Below are positions 37,272 to 47,280 of a DNA stretch of 64,000 bases, piece after piece. A program made the position numbers and the translations under genes. The DNA comes from Candidatus Altiarchaeota archaeon (GTDB lineage: Archaea; Altiarchaeota; Altiarchaeia; IMC4; SCGC-AAA252-I15), in assembly GCA_043800255.1 (NCBI GenBank), contig JAZDNF010000006.1:32001-96000 (forward strand). The letters run 5' to 3'. Every line of letters starts with the position of its first letter. Positions within the stretch are counted from its first letter, which is position 1. The notes under the pieces were generated by a model. It was given only the letters and a program-made list of their open reading frames with translations. It was not told the origin of the DNA and did no database searches.

Positions 37272-37517
37272 ATGCTAGTGAGAGCCGCCATCATAGTCCT
37301 GGTGCTGTTAACGGCAGGATGCGTCAGAGAATGCCCACCATCATGCTTTGACGACAACCCCTGCACGGCAGAATACTGCTCGAAGGACACAGGCTACAAG
37401 TGCGCTTACAACAACCTGAGCGGACCCCAATACGGATGCAACACAACAGTCGACAATCTCAGATACCTGTGCGAAACAGGTAAGTGCGTTGTCAGTCAAC
37501 CTGAAGAGAGAACCTAA
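37272..37517 (+). CDS. small Cys-rich lipoprotein
   Basis: Lipobox LTAGC; CFDDNPCTAEYC resembles CDDxNPCT-type disulfide repeats. Confidence 0.65.
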   Translation: MLVRAAIIVLVLLTAGCVRECPPSCFDDNPCTAEYCSKDTGYKCAYNNLSGPQYGCNTTVDNLRYLCETGKCVVSQPEERT

Positions 37518-39313
37518 CCGCAGCCGCCTGTAACAGGCGCGGCCGGAACGCTGGATTCGACAACCGAATCGCACTCGGACGGCTTCTCATCGAACTCCTG
37601 GCACAATGCTGCCTGGTAGCCTGCAGAGGTCCTGGGCCCGTTATATGATTCGCCCTCGATGAAAACCGTCGGAGAACCTCTGACACCGAGAAGCTTGTTC
37701 AACTCCAACTCCGCCTTCAACAAGTCAAGAGCCTCATTCTTCTCGCAATCTTTTATGACATTGCTGTCAAAGCCCAGCGATTTTGCGACAGGCTCCCAGC
37801 ACGTGTCAGCGTTGGCTGAAGTGCACTCCTCGTTCATTCTCAACACGAACTTGAAGAACGAGTCAGTGCCCAGGTGCTTGTTAACGCACAATTCCCTCAC
37901 ATCCTGGTTCAGCTCCTGTATGCCGTGCATCGAACAGTACAGTGACTCATTGTCAAGGCAGTACTGCGGCCCCCCTCCGCCGTAGTTGCTGTATATGACA
38001 TAACGGGGGTTGAATATCGCCTTGTCCTTGATGATCTGATAGACCGGTTCGACAGCCTCCTCGCACTGGTTGCCGTAGGGGCAGTAGCTCATCACGAAAA
38101 AGTCTATCTGAGGCTTGTTGTCGCCTTCAACTATCTTCAAAGCGTCAAGCAGTCCCTTCTTAGCCTCCTTGTCGACATAGTATGAGGCGCCGGACGCGGA
38201 GTCCGACAGCTTATAGTAAGAACCGACCTTCTCGAATGCCGGCGGAATCCGTGAGTTGGTCTTCCAAGTGTTAGTCTCAACAATGTTCTCCTCGAATATG
38301 AACGCCGGGGCGAACACTATGCCAAGCTCCTTTATCAGCTTCTGGCCCTCCTCAGTCGAAGCATCAACCTGCCTCGTCTGAAGGCCGGGGAACAGCCCCA
38401 TGAGAGTGCTCATCAGCTGCTGGGGATTGCATGTCGAGCACTCCTTGTCATTCAATAGTATCATGTTCACCTTCACAGGCTCCAAGTAGACGCATTTAGC
38501 GTTACTCTGGCCCGGGTTCTCGCACTTCCCGATCTTGTTAGGCTGGGCTGTGCAGTCCGCATCAGACCCGCATGCTGGCATGTTCTGGCACTCAGGATGG
38601 TTGCTGAGCTTCTGGCAGACGGCTCTCATAAAGGAGAGCGTGTCCCTGCCACCGTTGTACTGTTGACCGTTCAAGTAAATTGTCGGACTTCCGCTTGCCC
38701 CCACCTTAGACGTCTCTTTGATTGACTGGGAAAGCAGGCTCTTGCCCTCGCTGCCCGTATAGCAGACTCTGATCTTTTCGACATCAAGGCTGAACTTTAT
38801 CGCGCACGCCTCCCAGTTGTCAGGTATCGCGCGGGCGTTCTCGTTCTGGCAGACTACCATGTCCATGTACTTGTCAGGGTTGTATTTTGCGGCGCAGAGC
38901 TGGACTATGTCGCCTTCGACCTCAGGCTGCCCGTGAAGCGATGCGAAGGCACCGCCAGCTCCCTCGTTGGCAATGAAATTCAATGAGAAGTCGACGCTTG
39001 CGCCGAGTTTCTTCAGAACGGGGAGGATGGCATCCTCAACCTGCGTGCCGTAGGGGCACTGGCTCATGACATAGAAGTCAAGCTTAGCGACGCCGTAGTC
39101 GGTTGCTGGAAGGGTTGATGTGGTCGTGGGCTGGTCGCTCCCAGACGGGTAAAAGTTCCTGAAAAGGACGAAGATTATGACAACTCCAAGCGCCAGCGAG
39201 AGGAGCTTCCATATTGCGTCCTTATTCACAGTAATCGTGAGATCCTTCTTGGCCTTTTTCGAACTGCTAGCTGGCTTCCGACCGGTTCGCTTGGTTTTCT
39301 TCTCCTCAACCAT
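37514..39313 (-). CDS. membrane-anchored multi-thioredoxin-fold protein with two GILT-like domains
   Basis: N-terminal TM; FYVMSQCPYG...SLHGQPE and FFVMSYCPYG...CSMHGIQE, each ending GSPT; central CSTC domain; C-terminal GGCG. Confidence 0.75.
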   Translation of the reverse strand: MVEEKKTKRTGRKPASSSKKAKKDLTITVNKDAIWKLLSLALGVVIIFVLFRNFYPSGSDQPTTTSTLPATDYGVAKLDFYVMSQCPYGTQVEDAILPVLKKLGASVDFSLNFIANEGAGGAFASLHGQPEVEGDIVQLCAAKYNPDKYMDMVVCQNENARAIPDNWEACAIKFSLDVEKIRVCYTGSEGKSLLSQSIKETSKVGASGSPTIYLNGQQYNGGRDTLSFMRAVCQKLSNHPECQNMPACGSDADCTAQPNKIGKCENPGQSNAKCVYLEPVKVNMILLNDKECSTCNPQQLMSTLMGLFPGLQTRQVDASTEEGQKLIKELGIVFAPAFIFEENIVETNTWKTNSRIPPAFEKVGSYYKLSDSASGASYYVDKEAKKGLLDALKIVEGDNKPQIDFFVMSYCPYGNQCEEAVEPVYQIIKDKAIFNPRYVIYSNYGGGGPQYCLDNESLYCSMHGIQELNQDVRELCVNKHLGTDSFFKFVLRMNEECTSANADTCWEPVAKSLGFDSNVIKDCEKNEALDLLKAELELNKLLGVRGSPTVFIEGESYNGPRTSAGYQAALCQEFDEKPSECDSVVESSVPAAPVTGGCG

Positions 39314-39362
39314 CTCAAAAAAAAGTATTGAAGATATACATTGGTAATCAGAGTATAAAAAA

Positions 39363-39596
39363 TCAACGTCTTATCAGGAGGTAGTAGAGTATCATCAGAA
39401 GCAATGTCAGGATTGCGACAGCATACGCCGACTGCCTGTCAGTCCCAAACACTAAGGGAACCGGCCCCAAAAAGATCACGCCCCCGCCCCTGACGTTAGA
39501 AGCTCCCTTGGAGGCGAATAGTATGCCGCCAACCAAGGCTAAAACGCCTAACAGGATGAGTATGATGCCCACAGGGATGAGAATGCCTGCATCCAT
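39363..39596 (-). CDS. DUF131/TIGR00304-like membrane protein
   Basis: VRGGGVIFLGPVPLVFGTD between two TMs. Confidence 0.85.
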   Translation of the reverse strand: MDAGILIPVGIILILLGVLALVGGILFASKGASNVRGGGVIFLGPVPLVFGTDRQSAYAVAILTLLLMILYYLLIRR

Positions 39597-39650
39597 AGGT
39601 TATAATGTTGCTAAACGACAATATTATAGATTCAACCGTATAAGATAAAG

Positions 39651-41747
39651 ATGAAACGCGCTCTCGCGACGCTTTTGATAGTATGCGCAATAGCGAACGC
39701 CTCAGCCACAGACTATCTGACGCAACTGTGGCAGTTCGACACCAGAGCCCCAAGCGAGAAAGTCTACCTGCTGAACTCGGACTCAGGCCCCGAGAAGGAG
39801 ATACTGGTAGGGTCCTATGAGAGCGGCGTAGTGTTCGCCCTCGCGGCCAACGGCAGCAAGCTCTGGGAGTTCCACATCAAGGGCAGGATGTTCGGATTCC
39901 ACGCGGCCGAGGTTCCGCTGAACACAGGAGAGGTTGCGATGGGCACTTGGAGCAGGGCAGTCTCCCTCAACGCTGACGGCAACAAAAGCTGGCAGTACTT
40001 CATCTCAAGGTATGAGATAAGGTCAGTCTACGTCGACGACCTGAACAACGACGGCAGGGCAGAGACGGCGCTAGGCATTCTCGGAGGATGGAGAGGCAAC
40101 ACCGTCACGCTTGCAGACAGCATCGGCGAAGTAATCTGCAAGGCAACCATCCCAAAGACAGGATACCCCTACAGCATAACCTCGCTCGACATCAACTCTG
40201 ACGGCAAGAAGGAGATGATAGTCGGGCTGGCAGCCTACACCGTCAACACCGTGGCAGAAAGCTACTCTCTGGGATTCACCAGACCGTCAACGCTTACAGC
40301 ATACAACATCAACTGCGAGCAGCTGTGGGAGGCTCCAACGCCAGGCGGTGTCAAGTCGCTGGCGGTGGGGGACATCAACAACGACGGAGCCAGCGAACTC
40401 CTTGCAGGGGCTAACAGCTACCTGATAGCCTACCTCGGCAATGGGAAGCAGCTTTGGGATTACTCAGCAGACGGCGAAATCAATGACATCGCAGTAGGCG
40501 ACCTCAACGGGGACGGCCTCAACGACATTGTGGTTGGGGCAGGAAGCCTGCACGTGCTGAACAGCTCCGGCAGCCTCCTCTGGAGGTCAGGCAAGCTCAG
40601 CTCGGCGAACTCCATAGTCATAAGGGACCTGGACTTCGACGACAAGCCGGAGATAATAGTCGGGGCCTCCAAACTGTACATCTTCGACTGGATGGGGAAC
40701 ATAATCTACACTTCGACGGTGCCGAGCGAAGTCTACTCCGTGAAGGCTGAGGACGTGACAGGAGACGATTACGTCGAGATTGCGGCAAGCTCAAAAGACG
40801 ACCAGCTCAGGCTCTACGCCACAAAACCTTACGTGGAAGAACACAGGGCCGAAACCCTCTACAAGAAGGCTGAGAGCGTATACGAAAACAGGAACTACTC
40901 CCAGGTTGGGGAATACGCCGAACAGGCCAGGAAAGTCTATGACGAACTGGGAGACGCGGACGGCTCCACCAAGGCCAAACTGCTGGCTGAGAAGGCATTA
41001 GACCACATGGACGCCGACAATTACACAATGATTGCAAGAGGATACTATGATATGGGAGACTACGAGAACGCATCAGGATACTCCCAGAAGGCTCTTGAGA
41101 TATACAAGCAGCTCGACGACATAAGGGCGATAAACGAGATGACCAGGCTGTCGAAGGCGTCTGACGTTACACCAGACGCGGAAGGAAACCTCAGCATGGC
41201 GCGCCAGTACTATGACAGCAGAGACTTCGAGAACGCGAAAACATACGCTAGGACGGCATTCTCGCTCTACACCATGATAAACGACGCCAACATGTCAAAC
41301 ACGTCCAAGAAACTGATAGACGACATCGAACTCCAAAGCGAGGCCAAGAAGAACTACGATGAGGCCATGTTCTACTACGACGAGAAAGCCTACGACACCA
41401 CGAGAGAATACCTGAACACGGCTGGCGAAATCTACGAGAGCCTTGGAGACGCCTACGGTATGAAGCTTGTCGAAGACGCCAGCAAGAAGTTGAGCAGGAC
41501 AAAAACGCTGGGAGCGGTGATGTTCTACGGCAGCATAATCGCTGGACTTGTCATAATCCTTCTGCTGATAGCGGCAGTCTTCCTCGTCGGGATGATGCTC
41601 GGCGGAGGAAGCAAGCGCCCAGAATTGAAGAAGATAGAGGCCTACGCAACCAAACTGAACCTCATGGGGAGGTTGGACAATATTAGAGGCAGGAAGGAAG
41701 TCAGAAAGAGGGAGAAAGGGCGGAAAAAGAATCTGAGCGGAATTTAA
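39651..41747 (+). CDS. secreted FG-GAP/beta-propeller protein with TPR-like stalk and C-terminal TM
   Basis: Repeated DLNNDG..E, GDINNDG, GDLNGDG motifs; four Y..G.Y..A...A..IY helical repeats; TM near the C-terminus. Confidence 0.8.
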   Translation: MKRALATLLIVCAIANASATDYLTQLWQFDTRAPSEKVYLLNSDSGPEKEILVGSYESGVVFALAANGSKLWEFHIKGRMFGFHAAEVPLNTGEVAMGTWSRAVSLNADGNKSWQYFISRYEIRSVYVDDLNNDGRAETALGILGGWRGNTVTLADSIGEVICKATIPKTGYPYSITSLDINSDGKKEMIVGLAAYTVNTVAESYSLGFTRPSTLTAYNINCEQLWEAPTPGGVKSLAVGDINNDGASELLAGANSYLIAYLGNGKQLWDYSADGEINDIAVGDLNGDGLNDIVVGAGSLHVLNSSGSLLWRSGKLSSANSIVIRDLDFDDKPEIIVGASKLYIFDWMGNIIYTSTVPSEVYSVKAEDVTGDDYVEIAASSKDDQLRLYATKPYVEEHRAETLYKKAESVYENRNYSQVGEYAEQARKVYDELGDADGSTKAKLLAEKALDHMDADNYTMIARGYYDMGDYENASGYSQKALEIYKQLDDIRAINEMTRLSKASDVTPDAEGNLSMARQYYDSRDFENAKTYARTAFSLYTMINDANMSNTSKKLIDDIELQSEAKKNYDEAMFYYDEKAYDTTREYLNTAGEIYESLGDAYGMKLVEDASKKLSRTKTLGAVMFYGSIIAGLVIILLLIAAVFLVGMMLGGGSKRPELKKIEAYATKLNLMGRLDNIRGRKEVRKREKGRKKNLSGI

Positions 41748-41773
41748 TAAACGACCAATACCATAGTAATCTC

Positions 41774-42193
41774 ATGGCAGGCAAGAAGAAATCGTCATCG
41801 GCTGAGGCCGGCTCCAGGAGGAAGAGGCTGAAGGATCTGGAGCAGAGGCTGAAGAAGCTGGACATGGAGCTGTCAAGCATAGAGGAGGACCTGAGCAAGC
41901 CGCTGCATTCTGAAGTCCTGGGAGAGGAATTGCACAGGAGAGAGCTCATCAGCATGAACGTGAAAGAGGATGAGCTGAAGAGAAAACAGATGTTAAAAGG
42001 CTTCTACAAGAAGTTCGTCTTCAGGTGCCTCAAGTGCAGGGAGGACTTCAAGGGAGAAATAACCGTCGAGCCTGTCATAAAGAGCCTCAGGTGCCCATCA
42101 TGCGGAAAAGTCCACGGCATAGGCCTGACACCAAGCTCAAGATACCACAACCTCAGCATCCCCAAGTCGCTTGAACTGGTAAAGCATGAGTGA
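41774..42193 (+). CDS. hypothetical coiled-coil + zinc-ribbon protein
   Basis: CLKC...CPSCG. Confidence 0.65.
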   Translation: MAGKKKSSSAEAGSRRKRLKDLEQRLKKLDMELSSIEEDLSKPLHSEVLGEELHRRELISMNVKEDELKRKQMLKGFYKKFVFRCLKCREDFKGEITVEPVIKSLRCPSCGKVHGIGLTPSSRYHNLSIPKSLELVKHE

Positions 42194-42467
42194 TTTGACA
42201 TCAGACGATGTTAAGCTGCTTCTTATGAGGGATGCCCTTGAGAGGGACGCCCTGAACAGGATACGATGGGACAGCAGACTGAGGACTGACAGTTTTGATA
42301 TAGCCTATTATGACAGGATAACCGGGAGACTCACGGCCATACCCTACACTGAAATCGAAGTCGAGGGAGACTTCCTCAGGCACGGAGACAGCATGATACC
42401 GTTGCACAGGATAAGGGAGATAAGATACTGTGGAGAGATAGTCTGGGCTAAACGCAGGAGCCCATGA
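42186..42467 (+). CDS. DUF504/MJ1316-like putative RNA-binding protein
   Basis: LNRIRWD, IAYYDR, IPLHRI...VWAKR. Confidence 0.85.
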   Translation: MSDLTSDDVKLLLMRDALERDALNRIRWDSRLRTDSFDIAYYDRITGRLTAIPYTEIEVEGDFLRHGDSMIPLHRIREIRYCGEIVWAKRRSP

Positions 42468-43116
42468 AAGCGCACATGCTCCCGATGGGGCATCCTCCGC
42501 ATATTGGCCTCTTCCTGCAGCATTCCTTCGCAAGCCTGACTATGAGCGCATGATATTCGTCATACAGTCTCACACTCCTCGCCAGATTGTCCTCGAAGAA
42601 TGATTTCACGGCATCATAGCTTTCCCCTCCCCCCAGGAACCCAACCCTCTCGAAGACTCTTCTCGTGTAGGCGTCGACGACAAATGACGGCTTACGGGCG
42701 GCATACAATATTATGCTGTCCGCGGTCTCAGGGCCGATGCCCCATATGCCAAGCAGCTCAGCTCTCAGCTTCCCGGCAGGCTGGGCTAGCATCGAACTGA
42801 GGCTCCCACCGTGCTCTTCTAGGATGTGGCCTGCGAAACTTTTCAGCTTCCCGGCCTTTACATTGTGGTAGAGTGTGGGCCGTATCAGCCTCGAGAGCCT
42901 CCTGCCATCGCAACCGCCCATAGCTTTCACTGACAGCAGCCCCTCCTCCTTGAGTCTTGCAACCGCTTTCTCGACGTTCGCCCACGAGGTGGACTGCGTG
43001 AGTATGGCTCCAACGCACATCTCAAACTCTGATTCCGCAGGCCACCAGCCCTGCGGGCCGAAACGGTCGAACAGCCTCCCGTATATCAGAACAAGCCTAC
43101 TTCCTGCGCCTTCCAT
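42448..43116 (-). CDS. endonuclease III-related HhH-GPD DNA glycosylase
   Basis: GPQGWWP, GAILTQ, GIGPETADSI, FVVDAYT, C-terminal Fe-S cysteines. Confidence 0.9.
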   Translation of the reverse strand: MEGAGSRLVLIYGRLFDRFGPQGWWPAESEFEMCVGAILTQSTSWANVEKAVARLKEEGLLSVKAMGGCDGRRLSRLIRPTLYHNVKAGKLKSFAGHILEEHGGSLSSMLAQPAGKLRAELLGIWGIGPETADSIILYAARKPSFVVDAYTRRVFERVGFLGGGESYDAVKSFFEDNLARSVRLYDEYHALIVRLAKECCRKRPICGGCPIGSMCAFMGSCV

Positions 43117-44857
43117 CGAATTTCTTCTCTATTGACTTCAAAAATGACGGGCTGTATTTTTCCAGAAGCTCCTCCTCGAACAGGGACTCAAGGTTCTTTA
43201 TGTGCTCCAGTTTCGTCTTGCTGAGATGCTCAGGACTCCGGGCAACATCGTCTATTATGTCAGACACCTTCTCGCCAGCTACCATCCTCGGGAATATCAC
43301 ATAGTCTGCTCCGATGTTGTACAACTCCAGAGCGTGGTTCAATGTTTCTGCGTTGACGAAGACGAGCGCGTCGGGGTTCCTGCTCTTAGCCTCCTTCACC
43401 AGCAGTAGGTTATCCTCCTGGTCGGGTATGGTGGAGATTATCATCTCAGCATCTGGCAGCCCCATCCTATTGATTATCTCCATGTCCCCGATGTCCCCGT
43501 ATATCGTATGATAGCCCTCGTCTATCAGCTTCCTGACGATGTCAGGGTTGAAGTCTATCACAAGAGTGGGCTTCTTCTCTTTCCTCAGCATCTTCACTAT
43601 GGAGTAGCCCATGCGATGGCAGCCGCACACGACAGCATGCTTTGTATGCTTTATGGGAACATCCTCAAGCACCAGTTCCCTCATGGAAAGCCTCTCAAAC
43701 GGCACCAGAGCCTTCGAGACCAGTTTATAGATGCTATTGTCGAACTCTATCATGTATGATGTGAGCGTGAAGGTGATGACAGCCATCAACGCTATCAGGG
43801 AGAATATCTCAGGGCTGATGTGGCCCAACGCCACGCCCTGGATGGCGATTATGAGGGAGAACTCGCTGATCTGCGTCAGCGATATGGAAGTGAGGAAAGA
43901 CGTCCTCCTCCCGTAGCCGTACAGCGAGGTTATGGCCATTATTATGATAGGCTTCAGAGCGATTATTATGGCAACGAAGACCACCAGCGGCAGGATAATT
44001 CTCGAAATATCGGAGACCCATATTTCCATGCCAAGGGAGACGAAGAATATTGTCACGAAGAAGTCCCTGAGAGAGCGCAGCCTGCTGACGATTTCAATGT
44101 TATAGGGGAAGGTGGCCACGCTTATGCCAGCTATGAAGGAGCCTATCGCTATGGAGAACCCGCTCATGTCAGCGAGGAATGAGAATAGGAAACACAGTGA
44201 CAGCGCCGTGAGGAACAGCATCTCAGTCGACTTGGCGACGAACCGCAGTATTGACGGGAGCACGAACCTGCTGAGGAAGAAGGCTATGAAGAACAAACCC
44301 AGCCCCTTCAGTATCGAGGCAGCTATCATCGAGCCTGTGAAACCGTCCTGCCCCGACAGGATGGACAATGCCATTATAGCTATCACGTCCTCAGTCAGCA
44401 GGATTCCCAGAACAACCCTGCCATGGAGGGTGTCCAGTTCGCCCTTGTCCGAGAGGAGCTTGATGACTATCATGGTGCTGCTGAGCGCCAGCGTCAGTCC
44501 GATGTATATGGCCTCCATGTTAGAGTAGCCGATGTTCTGGGCCACGAGGAAGCCGACAGCGAACAACAGTATGCTTTTCGCGAAGGCTGTCGAGGTCGCA
44601 GCCAGCCCCAAATCCTTAAGCCTTCTCAGGTCCAATTCCAAGCCGACTATGAAGAGCAGAAACGCTATCCCGAACTCTGACAGTATCTTGATGGTCTCAG
44701 GTTCGGATATCAGGCCGTAACCCATTGGGCCGATCAGGATGCCAGCTATCATATAGGCCATCAGGATAGGCTGCCTCAGAAGCCGGGCGACGTAGGCCAG
44801 CACAGTCGCAGTCACTATGACCAATCCCACATCCCAGAACAACGAGATATCGGCCAT
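43097..44857 (-). CDS. CPA2 cation:proton antiporter with TrkA-N domain (Kef-like)
   Basis: LLFIVGLE, SSTMIVIK, FFVSLG, QISEFS, VCGCHRMG, YGD. Confidence 0.92.
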   Translation of the reverse strand: MADISLFWDVGLVIVTATVLAYVARLLRQPILMAYMIAGILIGPMGYGLISEPETIKILSEFGIAFLLFIVGLELDLRRLKDLGLAATSTAFAKSILLFAVGFLVAQNIGYSNMEAIYIGLTLALSSTMIVIKLLSDKGELDTLHGRVVLGILLTEDVIAIMALSILSGQDGFTGSMIAASILKGLGLFFIAFFLSRFVLPSILRFVAKSTEMLFLTALSLCFLFSFLADMSGFSIAIGSFIAGISVATFPYNIEIVSRLRSLRDFFVTIFFVSLGMEIWVSDISRIILPLVVFVAIIIALKPIIIMAITSLYGYGRRTSFLTSISLTQISEFSLIIAIQGVALGHISPEIFSLIALMAVITFTLTSYMIEFDNSIYKLVSKALVPFERLSMRELVLEDVPIKHTKHAVVCGCHRMGYSIVKMLRKEKKPTLVIDFNPDIVRKLIDEGYHTIYGDIGDMEIINRMGLPDAEMIISTIPDQEDNLLLVKEAKSRNPDALVFVNAETLNHALELYNIGADYVIFPRMVAGEKVSDIIDDVARSPEHLSKTKLEHIKNLESLFEEELLEKYSPSFLKSIEKKFDGRRRK

Positions 44858-44934
44858 GTTAAATTATCTCTGCGACTTAAAATAAGAGGATATGCCGGAG
44901 GTTTTTATAGCTCATGCACGAATAATCTACTCTC

Positions 44935-45399
44935 ATGAACGACTGGGCTTACATTTTTTTGATAAGCATGCTGCCTTGGATAGAGCTGAGGGGCGGCATA
45001 CCCTACGGCATACTCAAGGCAGGCTTCGACCCTCTGTTAGTTGCGGTCATCGCAATTTTAGCAAACGCTGCCATAATATATCCTGCGTTCGTCTTCCTCG
45101 ACTGGTTCTTTGACATGATGAAAACCATACCCCTCATGTCCAACATGATCAGGAAGACGCAGGACAAAGCCAAACCCTACGTGGACAGGTACGGCCTGGT
45201 CGGCCTCGGCGCTTTCGTTGCCGTGCCCCTGCCAGGAACCGGCGCATACGCTGGAGCCCTGGCAGCACACATTCTTGGGATGAAAAACAAAAAAGCGCTT
45301 GTCTCGATAGCGGCAGGAGTTGCCACCGCCGGCGTGGTGGTTACGGTAATAACCGTCTTCTTCAGGGAAAGCCTTGATTTCTTCATAAAGATAATATGA
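44935..45399 (+). CDS. COG2426-like small membrane (multidrug export-type) protein
   Basis: PWIELRGGIP, FVAVPLPGTGAYAG. Confidence 0.88.
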   Translation: MNDWAYIFLISMLPWIELRGGIPYGILKAGFDPLLVAVIAILANAAIIYPAFVFLDWFFDMMKTIPLMSNMIRKTQDKAKPYVDRYGLVGLGAFVAVPLPGTGAYAGALAAHILGMKNKKALVSIAAGVATAGVVVTVITVFFRESLDFFIKII

Positions 45400-45412
45400 C
45401 AAGATTCAAATT

Positions 45413-46162
45413 TCAGCTCTGGGCGTGTTCTCTGAAGTAGCTCCCCGTTTTCAGCGTTATCTGGTCGTATCTTATGTCATCTAGGAGCTCGTACCAGTAT
45501 ACGGCGCAGCCTGGGCCGAACATCTCCACATAGTATTTCAGCTGCTTCCCATAGTCTCTTTTCACTTCGAAGTCGTCTCCGAATGTGGCTTTGCATTCCA
45601 CCCAGTTCGCAATCGCGCCATCAACCGTTATCGGGCTCTTCAGCAGGAAATCGGGAGTCTTCTTGTGCAGTCTCCTCGCCTCCTCCTCGGTGATGTACTG
45701 GACTCCTCTGGCGTCAAGCCAGCGGCCTACCTTCGACTCCACGTTCCTGCCGCGCTCGACCTGCACTTGGGTGTTCTTCGGGCTGTACACGTACTCCTTG
45801 GCCAGCACATCCCTCAGCTCCTCCCGCAGCCTGGGTGGTGCCGAATCAGGGTTCCTGAACAGTGAGAGCACTCCCTTCCTGCCCGCCCCATTATCCTGCA
45901 GTATCAATGACGCGGTCATGTACGGCGAATACTCTATCTCCTGCGCCAGCTTCAGCAGGGTCTCGCCCCTGCTCCACCTTCTCAGGAACTGCGGCGCCAT
46001 CTTCTTGACCTTATAGTACCTTCGGGTGGTGTCCCTGACAATCTTCTGCCCCAACAAGATGGAAAGGACCTCGCTTGGCACGGAGAACTGCTCAGAAAGG
46101 TTTTTGAAATCTGAGGGCGACTTCAGCAGAGAATAAATTTGATCATAAGTCTGTCTGTCCAT
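45413..46162 (-). CDS. CDIN1/C15orf41-like nuclease-fold protein
   Basis: KTPDFLL, NWVECKATFG, QLKYY..FGPG..YW. Confidence 0.8.
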   Translation of the reverse strand: MDRQTYDQIYSLLKSPSDFKNLSEQFSVPSEVLSILLGQKIVRDTTRRYYKVKKMAPQFLRRWSRGETLLKLAQEIEYSPYMTASLILQDNGAGRKGVLSLFRNPDSAPPRLREELRDVLAKEYVYSPKNTQVQVERGRNVESKVGRWLDARGVQYITEEEARRLHKKTPDFLLKSPITVDGAIANWVECKATFGDDFEVKRDYGKQLKYYVEMFGPGCAVYWYELLDDIRYDQITLKTGSYFREHAQS

Positions 46163-46270
46163 AAAGTTAAGTATATAAGCTTTGGGGCTTATATTTTAGA
46201 AGTCCGGCGGCTGGAAACCGGCCCAGATGATATTTAAACTAGCATGCCAGTATGATATGGAGGTTTTAAG

Positions 46271-46816
46271 ATGAAAATCAAGGCAAAGGTTGAGAACATA
46301 GTATCTTCCATTACGATTGACAGGCACATTGACCTGCCCAAATTCGCCAGAACCGTTAAGGGAATCGAGAACCCCAGCAGGTTCCCGGGGGTCATCTACA
46401 GGGTTAAGGAGCCTAAGCTGGCGATGCTCATATTCAGGACTGGAAAAGTAATATGCTCCGGCGCGCGCTCGAAGAAGGAGATAGACCAGGCTGTCGAAAA
46501 GCTTATCAAAAAGCTGAGGGAGGGCAGCATCAGACTGAAATCGAAGCCGATTGTGGAGATACAGAACATCGTAGCCTCCGCGTCGCTGGGATTCCAGGTG
46601 AACCTTGACACGCTGGCTATAGAGTGCATGAACACGGAATACGAGCCTGAGCAGTTCCCAGGCCTCGTCTTCAGGCTTGACAAGCCTAAAACTGTTATGC
46701 TCATCTTCAGGAGCGGGAAGATAATAATAACAGGCGCCAAAACTCCAGGCGATGCTAACAAGGCAGCTGAGAGAACGAGGGAAATGGTCAAAAGCTACAA
46801 CGCAATCATAGGATAG
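46271..46816 (+). CDS. tbp: TATA-box binding protein
   Basis: Two repeats: ENIVSS...FPGVIYR...IFRTGK and QNIVAS...YEPEQFPGLVFR...IFRSGK. Confidence 0.97.
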   Translation: MKIKAKVENIVSSITIDRHIDLPKFARTVKGIENPSRFPGVIYRVKEPKLAMLIFRTGKVICSGARSKKEIDQAVEKLIKKLREGSIRLKSKPIVEIQNIVASASLGFQVNLDTLAIECMNTEYEPEQFPGLVFRLDKPKTVMLIFRSGKIIITGAKTPGDANKAAERTREMVKSYNAIIG

Positions 46817-46830
46817 ACTGGAAGTCCAGC

Positions 46831-47082
46831 CTATTTCTCCTTTTCTTCTTTCCTCTCAAGTGATTTTTCAAATTCTTCTGAGAAGGTTTCAGGGTCCTTG
46901 GCTCTTAGACGTCCAATAATCTCCTTGAATCTCTCAGGATCTTTTTCCCTTAATTCTCGGAGACTTTTCACCCCCTCAGGATTCATCAGGTCTATGGTCT
47001 CGATTTCACGCTTACCGATGATTTTAAAGCGGTCGAGACTTTGAGCGTGCTGATTTAATTTCTTCTCCCTTGTCTGTTCCAT
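46831..47082 (-). CDS. small charged hypothetical protein
   Basis: 83 aa with internal repeat LREKDPERF / LRAKDPETF. Confidence 0.55.
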   Translation of the reverse strand: MEQTREKKLNQHAQSLDRFKIIGKREIETIDLMNPEGVKSLRELREKDPERFKEIIGRLRAKDPETFSEEFEKSLERKEEKEK

Positions 47083-47130
47083 ATTTAGTATAACACACTC
47101 GGGATATAAAAATGTCTTTCAGAGGAGAAC

Positions 47131-47280
47131 CTACTTCTCCTTTGTCTCCTTTTTCTCAGGCTTCTTAGTCTGATCAAGCTTCATCCACAGTTCAGCCTCC
47201 GCTTCGGTGAAGTCAGGCATCGGCTGGCCAGGCTTCAACGTAGGCAGCTGCTTGACAGGGGGCTTCTCCTTCTGCACCAT
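47131..47280 (-). CDS. small charged hypothetical protein (49 aa)
   Basis: Below ORF-track cutoff: MVQKEKPPVKQLPTLKPGQPMPDFTEAEAELWMKLDQTKKPEKKETKEK; AT-rich upstream region. Confidence 0.5.
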   Translation of the reverse strand: MVQKEKPPVKQLPTLKPGQPMPDFTEAEAELWMKLDQTKKPEKKETKEK

